Positions 46,192-54,044 of a DNA stretch of 64,000 bases are shown one piece after another (the first letter of the stretch is position 1; the number at the start of each line of letters is the position of its first letter). This DNA comes from Christensenellaceae bacterium (GTDB lineage: Bacteria; Bacillota; Clostridia; Christensenellales; Borkfalkiaceae): positions 136 through 64,135 of the forward strand of contig JAZRSX010000002.1 in the NCBI GenBank assembly GCA_045651725.1. The letters are read 5' to 3'. The notes under the pieces were generated by a model. It saw only the letters and a list, made by a program, of their open reading frames with translations. It made no database searches and had not been told where the DNA came from. The position numbers were made by a program, and so were the translations under genes.

Positions 46192-47253
46192 TTAAAGTTT
46201 TTTAACCCAGTTATACTTGTCTTCAATCTTACCCCATTGAATACCCGTTAAAGTATCGTAAAGGTGTTGAGTTAAAGCGCCGATTTTATTTTCGTTTATA
46301 GCGTACTTAACGTCTTTATGGCAAAGTTCACCGATAGGTGAAACGACTGCCGCCGTTCCGCAACCCCACGCTTCTTCAAGTTTGCCGTTTTCAAGCGCCG
46401 AAATAAGTTCGTCCACGCTTATAAGCCTTTCTTCAACGGTGTAGCCTTCGTCTTTTAAAAGTTCTATAATAGACTTTCTTGTAATGCCAGGAAGTATTGA
46501 GCCTGCAAGTTTAGGCGTAACTACTTTGCCGTCAATTTTAAACATAACGTTCATTGCGCCTACTTCTTCAATGTATTTTCTTTCAACGCCGTCAAGCCAC
46601 AAAACTTGTGAATAACCCTTTTCTTCGGCACGTTGACCAGCACGGTTACTTGCCGCATAGTTACCACCGCATTTTGCTTCGCCCGTACCACCGCGAACGG
46701 CACGCACGTCTTCGGATTCTATCATAATTTTAACGGGGTTAATGCCTTCTTTATAATAACTGCCAACAGGCGAAGTTATAATTACGAAAGTTGCGTTTTT
46801 TACGGAGTGAACGCCCAAAGTTTCGTCGTTGCCAAACATAAATGGTCTTATGTATAAAGATGTTCCTTCTTTTTTAGGCACCCAGTTCTTTTCAATTTCT
46901 ATAAAAGTCGTTAAGGCTTGTAAAGCGTCTTCTTCGTCAATCGTAGGAAGACACATACGCTCTGCCGAACGGTTAAGCCTTTTGATGTTTTCCATAGGTC
47001 TAAAAAGTTGAATTGTGCCGTCGCTTGTTCTATACGCTTTTAAACCTTCAAAAATTTCCGAACCATAGTGAAGAACGGTTGACGCTGGGTGTATAGAAAG
47101 GTTTTGAAACGGAACTATTCTAGCGTCGTGCCAACCCTTTCCTTCGGCATAGTCCATAATGAACATATGGTCTGTAAACACTTTGCCAAATCCAAGTGTA
47201 GATTCGTCTTTAATGCTACCTAATACTTCTTTTTTAGTTATTTTAATTTCCAT
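46192..47253 (-). CDS. ilvE: Branched-chain amino acid aminotransferase
   Basis: Class-IV aminotransferase, long (about 350 aa) form: FEGLKAYR, GTGEAKCGGNYA, GITR.S. Confidence 0.92.
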   Translation of the reverse strand: MEIKITKKEVLGSIKDESTLGFGKVFTDHMFIMDYAEGKGWHDARIVPFQNLSIHPASTVLHYGSEIFEGLKAYRTSDGTIQLFRPMENIKRLNRSAERMCLPTIDEEDALQALTTFIEIEKNWVPKKEGTSLYIRPFMFGNDETLGVHSVKNATFVIITSPVGSYYKEGINPVKIMIESEDVRAVRGGTGEAKCGGNYAASNRAGQRAEEKGYSQVLWLDGVERKYIEEVGAMNVMFKIDGKVVTPKLAGSILPGITRKSIIELLKDEGYTVEERLISVDELISALENGKLEEAWGCGTAAVVSPIGELCHKDVKYAINENKIGALTQHLYDTLTGIQWGKIEDKYNWVKKL

Positions 47254-47264
47254 AATAACACCCC

Positions 47265-47801
47265 TTAATAATCTCTACCTAGTTTTAATGCGTTAAGGTT
47301 GATTTGCAACATATCTTCGTGCTTTGCCGAAACTACTTTTTTAAGCGCGTTGTAAACGCCTTCTTCGTTTTCAAAACCGCCCGTTTTTTCTAAAACTTTG
47401 CCCATAATAATCATATTTGCAAGTTTAGGCATTTTGTTTTCGGACGCAAGCGCCGTTGATGGAATATAGTAAACTTCAACGTCAGTTCTATTAACTTTTC
47501 TATCAATTAAAGTAGAGTCTACGAATATTTTACCGCCACTTTTTACGCTGTTTTCGTATGCGTCAAGCGATGGAAGATTCATTGCAATTAAAACGTCTGG
47601 TTTAGATACGATAGGCGAGCCGATTGCATCGTCGCTAATAATTACGCTACAATTTGCCGTACCGCCACGCATTTCTGGACCGTAAGATGGTAGCCAACTT
47701 ACGTTTTTGCCGTCGGTTAAGCCCTTGTATGCAAGCACTTTTCCCGAAAAGAGTATGCCTTGACCGCCAAAGCCCGCAAATAAATAATTAGTCGTACTCA
47801 T
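47265..47801 (-). CDS. 2-oxoacid:ferredoxin oxidoreductase gamma subunit
   Basis: [14 protein letters not shown]... ATG 47801 follows AAGGGGG; the track start at 47846 overlaps the beta subunit. Confidence 0.88.
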   Translation of the reverse strand: MSTTNYLFAGFGGQGILFSGKVLAYKGLTDGKNVSWLPSYGPEMRGGTANCSVIISDDAIGSPIVSKPDVLIAMNLPSLDAYENSVKSGGKIFVDSTLIDRKVNRTDVEVYYIPSTALASENKMPKLANMIIMGKVLEKTGGFENEEGVYNALKKVVSAKHEDMLQINLNALKLGRDY

Positions 47802-47805
47802 ATGC

Positions 47806-48555
47806 TTATTCCCCCTTTTCACTAGACCTGTCTTTATAAACGCCAAGTGGATAATACGGTATCATTTTTTCATCTATCCATTGAAGTGCTTTTTCAGGTG
47901 TTAAACCCCAGTTTGTTGGGCAACTAGATAAAATTTCTACAAGAGAAAAACCCTTGTTGTTTATTTGATTTTCAAATGCTTTTTTAATAGCCTTTTTAGC
48001 GTTTTTTACGTTTTTAACGTTGTTTACGGCAACTCTTGTAATAAATTCCGGTCCGTCAAGTTGCGATAACATTTCGCAAACTTTTACAGGAAAACCGCAA
48101 TCTTCAACTTTTCTTCCGTATGGCGAAGTTTGAGTTATTTGACCAGGAAGTGACGTTGGCGCCATTTGACCGCCAGTCATACCGTAAATTGCGTTGTTTA
48201 TAAATATAATAGTTATATTTTCGTTTCTTGCGGCAGAGTGTACGGTTTCCGCCATACCGATAGACGCAAGGTCGCCGTCACCTTGATAAGTGAATACGAC
48301 GTTTTGTGGAAGTGAACGCTTAACGCCCGTTGCAACGGCAGGCGCTCTACCGTGCGCCGCTTCTATCATATCGCAGTTATAATAGTCGTATGCCATAACC
48401 GCACAACCAACGGGTGCAACGCCTATGGTTTTGCCTTGAATATCAAGTTCGTCTATTACTTCGGCAACAAGACGGTGTACTATACCGTGCGTGCAACCTG
48501 GACAGTAGTGAAGTGGAACGTCTGCAAGTGCCTTTGGTTTATCAAAAACTACCAT
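47806..48555 (-). CDS. 2-oxoacid:ferredoxin oxidoreductase beta (TPP-binding) subunit
   Basis: YCPGCTHG, GDGD...IGM, NNAIYGMTGGQ. Confidence 0.9.
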   Translation of the reverse strand: MVVFDKPKALADVPLHYCPGCTHGIVHRLVAEVIDELDIQGKTIGVAPVGCAVMAYDYYNCDMIEAAHGRAPAVATGVKRSLPQNVVFTYQGDGDLASIGMAETVHSAARNENITIIFINNAIYGMTGGQMAPTSLPGQITQTSPYGRKVEDCGFPVKVCEMLSQLDGPEFITRVAVNNVKNVKNAKKAIKKAFENQINNKGFSLVEILSSCPTNWGLTPEKALQWIDEKMIPYYPLGVYKDRSSEKGE

Positions 48556-49619
48556 TATTTATTACCCCCTTTGTTAGCGTCTATTATACTTTGTAATACT
48601 TGTTCTGGCGATGGTATCATACCGCCACTGCGGTTGCATAAAGTTACAGGCACTTTACCTTCAACCGACAAGCGCACGTCTTCAATCATTTGACCCATAG
48701 AAAGTTCAACCGATATAATTTGCTTAACTTTATCTGCAACTTTCTTGTATGCGTCTTGTGGGAAAGGCCAAAGCGTAATAGGTCTAATTAAACCTACTTT
48801 TATGCCCATTTCTCTTGCCATATTAACGGCGTTTCTTGCAACTCTTGACGCAATGCCGAAAGCAGTTACGATAATTTCAGCATCGTCAATCAAATATTCT
48901 TCGTGCATAGTTTCGGTTTGTTCAATTTTTTTGTATCTTTCAAACCTTTCAATATTCGTTTGTTCAAGTTTTTCGGGTTTAAGGTATAAAGAGTTTACAA
49001 CGTTATGCTCTCTTTTCAATTCCGTACCCGTAGTTGCCCAAGGCTTTTCGATAGGCGCGCCTATTTCGTAGTCAAGGCTAACGGGTTCCATCATTTGACC
49101 AAGCGTACCGTCGGCTAAAATCATAGAAGTCATACGGTATTTATCGGCTAAATCAAACCCTTTAACGGTTAAGTCCGCCATTTCTTGAACGGATGCCGGT
49201 GCAAAAACAAGCATATGAAAATCGCCGTGCGCACCGCCCTTTGTCGCTTGAAAATAGTCCGATTGCGATGGTTGAATACCGCCAAGACCTGGACCACCGC
49301 GTTGTACGTTAACAACGAGTGAAGGAAGGTCCGCGCCCGCCAAATAAGAAAGACCTTCGCCTTTAAGTGAAATTCCTGGGCTTGAAGAAGAAGTCATACA
49401 ACGCTTGCCCGTTGCCGAAACGCCGTAAACCATATTGATAGCGGCAATTTCGCTTTCCGCTTGTAAAAATACACCGCCAACCTTTGGCATTCTTTTAGCC
49501 ATATAAGCCGCAATTTCCGTTTGTGGCGTTATAGGATAACCAAAATAGTGCTTGCAACCTGCAATTATTGCAGCCTCTGCAATAGCTTCATTACCTTTCA
49601 TTAAAACTTTATCTTTCAT
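48555..49619 (-). CDS. 2-oxoacid:ferredoxin oxidoreductase alpha subunit (VorB/KorA-like)
   Basis: GNEAIAEAAI.AGC..YFGYPITPQTEI. ATG 49619 follows GAAAGGTGA; the track start is 49634. Confidence 0.9.
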   Translation of the reverse strand: MKDKVLMKGNEAIAEAAIIAGCKHYFGYPITPQTEIAAYMAKRMPKVGGVFLQAESEIAAINMVYGVSATGKRCMTSSSSPGISLKGEGLSYLAGADLPSLVVNVQRGGPGLGGIQPSQSDYFQATKGGAHGDFHMLVFAPASVQEMADLTVKGFDLADKYRMTSMILADGTLGQMMEPVSLDYEIGAPIEKPWATTGTELKREHNVVNSLYLKPEKLEQTNIERFERYKKIEQTETMHEEYLIDDAEIIVTAFGIASRVARNAVNMAREMGIKVGLIRPITLWPFPQDAYKKVADKVKQIISVELSMGQMIEDVRLSVEGKVPVTLCNRSGGMIPSPEQVLQSIIDANKGGNK

Positions 49620-49623
49620 ACCA

Positions 49624-49830
49624 TCACCTTTCAACCTTTATGATACAGTCTGGGCACATAGTAGCGCAAAATGCACACGCTATGCACGCTTCGGGTTTTA
49701 CCGCTTCTACGGGGTGGTGCCCTTTACTATTGATTTTATCTTGCGAAAGTGCAAGTACGCCCTTTGGACATACGCCCACGCACAATCCGCAACCTTTACA
49801 TTTTTCACTTTTAAAAGTCAACGTTGCCAT
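49624..49830 (-). CDS. 2-oxoacid:ferredoxin oxidoreductase delta subunit (2x[4Fe-4S] ferredoxin)
   Basis: CKGCGLCVGVCP and CIACAFCATMCP. Confidence 0.9.
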   Translation of the reverse strand: MATLTFKSEKCKGCGLCVGVCPKGVLALSQDKINSKGHHPVEAVKPEACIACAFCATMCPDCIIKVER

Positions 49831-49842
49831 ATAGGTTACTCC

Positions 49843-50502
49843 TTATAATTTTTTTTGCAATTTTATAGCATATAAATCGTTTATTTTATCTTTTAACGGT
49901 TCGTATAGATTTTCGCTAACAGTCGTCATAACGACGGGCAAACCTGTTAACTTTGAAATTTCGCTTGCATAATCTTGACTAGACAAAACGTCATCTATCG
50001 TCGTTTCTTGACCTAAATTAGAGTTGTTTATTATACCCGTAAAATTAATTTTGCAAGCGTACTCTATTTCTTCTTTAACTTCTATCGTGCTTTTTGCGTC
50101 ACTTGTCAAAGGTCTAAATTTATTGACGACGTAGAACATATCGTAGTCGTTTTCGTCAACTATTTTGCTTGAAAGCCTGCCAAGTGCAAGCGCACCGCGG
50201 TCGTCTCCGCCAACGTCTAGTATAAACGAAGTGGTTTTATCGTCTATAACGCCGTAAATTTCTTGTGGCAAGGCGGGTATATCTACGTTAGAGTTTGCAT
50301 ATTTAGAACAAATTAGTTTGATATCGTTGCTATTAAAAAGTTCTTCGCTATCTTTCGTTCTAAAATATGGGTTAACTATGTCTATATCCGCAATAGCCAC
50401 CTTTTGTTTAATTTTTCTTAATTCTAGCGCTAAATTGACGGCGATATTAGTTTTACCGCTACCAAAATGCCCCGAAATAATCGTTATTCTTTTAAAATTC
50501 AT
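49843..50502 (-). CDS. MinD/ParA/CooC-like P-loop NTPase
   Basis: ISGHFGSGKTNIAVNLA (deviant Walker A region). ATG 50502 lies 1 nt after the upstream stop; the track start 50532 overlaps it. Confidence 0.8.
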   Translation of the reverse strand: MNFKRITIISGHFGSGKTNIAVNLALELRKIKQKVAIADIDIVNPYFRTKDSEELFNSNDIKLICSKYANSNVDIPALPQEIYGVIDDKTTSFILDVGGDDRGALALGRLSSKIVDENDYDMFYVVNKFRPLTSDAKSTIEVKEEIEYACKINFTGIINNSNLGQETTIDDVLSSQDYASEISKLTGLPVVMTTVSENLYEPLKDKINDLYAIKLQKKL

Positions 50503-50503
50503 T

Positions 50504-52792
50504 TTATAGCCTACTTCTTTGAATTTTACCACTTATAGTTTTAGGAAGTTCGGTTTTAAACTCAATAATTCGTGGATATTTGTATGGCGCAGTACGTTTT
50601 TTAACGTAGTTTTGAATTTCAACCTTTAATTCTTCGCTAGGCTCTTTACCTTTAACTAAAACTATGCTTGCTTTAACGACTTGTCCCCTAACTTCGTCTG
50701 GGTATGGCGAAACACCACACTCTAATACGTAAGGAAGTTCCATTATAACGCTTTCAATTTCAAAAGGCCCTATTCTATAACCAGAAGATTTAATAACGTC
50801 GTCAGCCCTACCAACGTACCAGAAGAAACCGTCTTCATCGCACCACGCTAAATCGCCCGTGTGATAGTAGCCGTCGTGCCAAACTTCAGCCGTTTTTTCT
50901 TGGTCTTTATAATAACCTTTAAACAAACCGCAAGGCACTTTTTCGCTAGTTTTTATACAAATTTCGCCCGTTTCACCCGTTCGAACGGCGTTGCCGTCAC
51001 TATCAAGCAAGCAAACGTCATATATAGGTACGGGTTTACCCATTGAGCCGGGTTTTGTTTTTGCGCCCCTTAAATTACCTATAACAAGCGTGGTTTCCGT
51101 TTGACCAAAGCCTTCGGATATTGAAAGCCCCGTTGCATCTTTAAACTGTTTGTAAACTTCTAAATTTAGCGCTTCGCCCGCCGTAGTTATATGGCTTATT
51201 GAAGATAAGTCGTATTGCGAAATATCTTGCTTAACAAGCATACGGAGCATTGTTGGTGGCGCGCAGAAAGTGGTTATGCCGTATTTTTTAAACAATGGCA
51301 ATATGTCGCACGCGTTAAAGCGGTTAAAGTCGTAAGTAAATACGGCGCCTTCCGAAAGCCATTGACCGTATAATTTACCCCAAAGCGCCTTTGCCCAACC
51401 CGTATCAGATATCGTAAAGTGTAAACCGTCGGGGTTAACTTTGTGCCAGTATTTTGCGGTGTGGAAATGCCCTAAAACGTATTTATAACTGTGTTCGGCA
51501 ATTTTTGGATAGCCCGTTGTTCCCGAAGTAAAGAACATAAGCATAGTATCGTCGCCACCAGGGCTTAACGCAGTTCTTTCAAAATGAGTGCTAAATAACG
51601 TGCTTTCTTCGTCAAAGTCGTGCCAACCGTCTTTACCGCCACCCGTTAAAATTTTGTGTTTTAACGTTTTGCAATTTGCACTTGCTATATCGACTTGTTC
51701 GCTTGCCGTACCCTTTGACGTACAAATTACGGCGCTTACGCCCGCTTGATTAAACCTATACTCAAAGTCTTTTGCTAAAAGTTGGTTCATAGCAGGTATT
51801 ACTATTGCGCCAAGTTTATGTAATCCTAATATAACGTGCCAGAATTGATAATCTCTACCTAAAACAAGCATTACCCTATCGCCCTTTTTAATGCCAAGCG
51901 ATTTAAAGTAGTTTGCAGAACGGCAAGAGTATTTTTTGATATCTTTAAAGGTAAACCTTCTTTCAACGCCTTCGTTATCTAAATGTAAAAGCGCAAGTTT
52001 GTTTGGTTCTTTATTTGCAATTTCGTCTACGATATCAAAGGCAAAGTTAAAGGTTTCAGCGTTTTTAAACTCAATTTTCGTTGGAGTTCCGTTTTCGTCA
52101 ACTTCCGCGTCAATAAACTTTTTGTAAACGCGTTCCTTTTTATCTTTTACGTAAACTTGCTTTGCTTGTTTAGGCTCTATAATCGCGCCGTCAATAGGGT
52201 TTTCGCCCGTTGGGTTTAAAACTATTGCGTAGAATATACAATCTTTACCGCCAACGGCAATCATGCCGTGTGGGGTTGAACTGTCGTAATAAATACTGTC
52301 GCCCGCGTTTAATATTTCTTCGTGGTCGCCGATTTTTATTTTTAAACTACCTTGTAAAACTATGTCGCATTCTTGCCCTGTGTGAGTAGTTAACTCTATG
52401 GGTTTTTCTTCCGCCTCTTTACTGTAAGCGTTAACGACGTATAAAGGTTCGGCAATACGCCTTTTGAAAGCAGCCGCAAGGTTATAGTAAGTCATACCGT
52501 GCGCTTGCTCTATTCTTTGCCCTTCGCCACTTCTTGTAAGAGTATATGATTTTAAGGTGGGGCTTCTGCCTTCAATAATATCCATAACGTCTACGTTAAA
52601 GGCAAGCGCGCACCTATAAATGAACGCAAAGTTAAGGTCGGCAAGTCCGTTTTCGCAAAGTTCGTATTGCTCAACCGTAACGTCCGTCTTTTTCGCCATT
52701 TCTTCTACGGTTAAGTTTTCAATTTGCCTTAACTCGCGAATTCTTCGCGCCATTTCTTTAATTTTTAAGTCTAATCCGTTGATGTTTTGCAT
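50504..52792 (-). CDS. Fusion: XRE HTH + cupin + medium-chain-type AMP-forming acyl-CoA synthetase (paralog A, behind the Val T-box)
   Basis: HTH LTVEEMAKKTDVTVEQYELCENG. Cupin HTGQECDIVLQGSL...STPHGM. ACS FFTSGTTGYPKIAEHSY, GFGQTET, YYHTGD, DDVIKSSGYRIGP, GKIQR. Confidence 0.9.
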   Translation of the reverse strand: MQNINGLDLKIKEMARRIRELRQIENLTVEEMAKKTDVTVEQYELCENGLADLNFAFIYRCALAFNVDVMDIIEGRSPTLKSYTLTRSGEGQRIEQAHGMTYYNLAAAFKRRIAEPLYVVNAYSKEAEEKPIELTTHTGQECDIVLQGSLKIKIGDHEEILNAGDSIYYDSSTPHGMIAVGGKDCIFYAIVLNPTGENPIDGAIIEPKQAKQVYVKDKKERVYKKFIDAEVDENGTPTKIEFKNAETFNFAFDIVDEIANKEPNKLALLHLDNEGVERRFTFKDIKKYSCRSANYFKSLGIKKGDRVMLVLGRDYQFWHVILGLHKLGAIVIPAMNQLLAKDFEYRFNQAGVSAVICTSKGTASEQVDIASANCKTLKHKILTGGGKDGWHDFDEESTLFSTHFERTALSPGGDDTMLMFFTSGTTGYPKIAEHSYKYVLGHFHTAKYWHKVNPDGLHFTISDTGWAKALWGKLYGQWLSEGAVFTYDFNRFNACDILPLFKKYGITTFCAPPTMLRMLVKQDISQYDLSSISHITTAGEALNLEVYKQFKDATGLSISEGFGQTETTLVIGNLRGAKTKPGSMGKPVPIYDVCLLDSDGNAVRTGETGEICIKTSEKVPCGLFKGYYKDQEKTAEVWHDGYYHTGDLAWCDEDGFFWYVGRADDVIKSSGYRIGPFEIESVIMELPYVLECGVSPYPDEVRGQVVKASIVLVKGKEPSEELKVEIQNYVKKRTAPYKYPRIIEFKTELPKTISGKIQRSRL

Positions 52793-52815
52793 AAATTTAC
52801 CCCTTTTTTGAAACG

Positions 52816-53068
52816 AAAAAAGCCCGTTTCAAAGAATAAACTTTGAGACGAGCTTGTATAAACAAAATCCCGCGGTACCACTCAAATTGTAGTCAAACTA
52901 CCACTCAGGGTCAAACAACCCGTATGCACTAACGTGGCAATCACGGAAAGGGTCTACTCAATTCTTCCTTTCGGCTCTAAAGTTACAGCAATTGAAAGCG
53001 CTTTAACGAATTTCACCAAACTTCGTCTCTCTAAAAAAGTTCTTTTCAACGCACTCTTTGTCATCGCC
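52816..53068 (-). promoter_or_regulatory. T-box riboswitch leader, specifier read as GUA (Val)
   Basis: Minus-strand read: GGCGAUGACAAAGAGUG...AGAGAGA...GGUGAAA...UUGCU-GUA-A-CUUUAGAGCC...GAGUGGUACCGCGGG. Terminator GCUCGUCUCAAAG-uuuauu-CUUUGAAACGGGC plus U6. Promoter TTGACA-18-TAAAAT at 53082-53111. Confidence 0.8.
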
Positions 53069-53199
53069 TTTATTTTAAAGCATTTTAACACAAGTTGTCT
53101 CAATATGTCAAACAGTTTTTGCTAGTTTCGATTAAATTTTATTACTATATTATATCTGCACAGTAATTTTTAAGTTTTTTTGATAATTTTAGTTAATCT

Positions 53200-53916
53200 T
53201 TAAAACAAAAGATAGTAGCAAGCGCCTAAAATTCCAGGCATCATATTCGCTATTTTTAGTTGCTTAATTTCTAATAAGTTTATGCCTATCATCATAACGA
53301 AAACACCGCCGATAGCCGTCAATTCTTGTTTGAATAGCGGTTTAGACATTAAAAATTCGCCCACGAAACTAGAAGACAACGCTATCACGCCTTGAAGTAT
53401 AAATACGGGGATAGCCGAACAAGTTATACTAAAACCGTATTTTACCGATAAAATTAAGGCAAAAGTGCCGTCTAATACCGACTTGACGTAAAGTGTTTTA
53501 TTGTCGCCTAAACCTGCTTGAATACTGCCGTAAATAACCATTGCGCCCACGCAATAAACCATTGTTGCTTGAACAAAGCCTTCGCAAAATTTACCCTTTT
53601 CGCTATCTTTTGAGCCGTTTTTATTAAAGAGTTTATTAAAGCCGTTTTCAAAGGCTTCTCCAAGTTTATTAAAGCCCTTTTCTATGTTTAAAATCGCGCC
53701 TATAAGTCCGCCCAAAACTAAACTAACTATTACAACAAGCGTTCCCGTAATACCTTCAACAGGGTGTATTGCGTCAATGATACCAACTGCTAAAACGCAC
53801 ATGCCAAGCGCTTGCATTAAAACGTTTTCTATTCTATCGTTTAAAACTTTTTTTAAACACATACCAAGTAGCGAACAAACTACTATCGTAAGCGCGTTCA
53901 CCGTAACACCTAACAT
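53200..53916 (-). CDS. DUF554 family integral membrane protein (YqgA/YdfK-like)
   Basis: NALTIVVCSLLG...; about 7 TM segments; typical DUF554 length and N-terminus. Confidence 0.8.
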   Translation of the reverse strand: MLGVTVNALTIVVCSLLGMCLKKVLNDRIENVLMQALGMCVLAVGIIDAIHPVEGITGTLVVIVSLVLGGLIGAILNIEKGFNKLGEAFENGFNKLFNKNGSKDSEKGKFCEGFVQATMVYCVGAMVIYGSIQAGLGDNKTLYVKSVLDGTFALILSVKYGFSITCSAIPVFILQGVIALSSSFVGEFLMSKPLFKQELTAIGGVFVMMIGINLLEIKQLKIANMMPGILGACYYLLF

Positions 53917-54044
53917 AAATTACCTTATCCTTTTTGTAGACAAATCCGCTTTATAGCACGTTTTTTCTACAAATTCGCTTTTATTTTTTCTAAAAATTTT
54001 TGCAACTAATATATTGCTTGCAAACGAGTTATTAACTAGTCGTA

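Noticed and set aside
47801-50532. Long gene overlaps implied by the track starts at 47846, 49634 and 50532 (and 17758, 35055, 56803 elsewhere)
   Set aside because: Internal ATGs with proper G-rich SDs (47801, 49619, 50502, 17719, 35085, 56836) remove the overlaps and match family N-termini. The overlaps are artefacts of longest-ORF calling.
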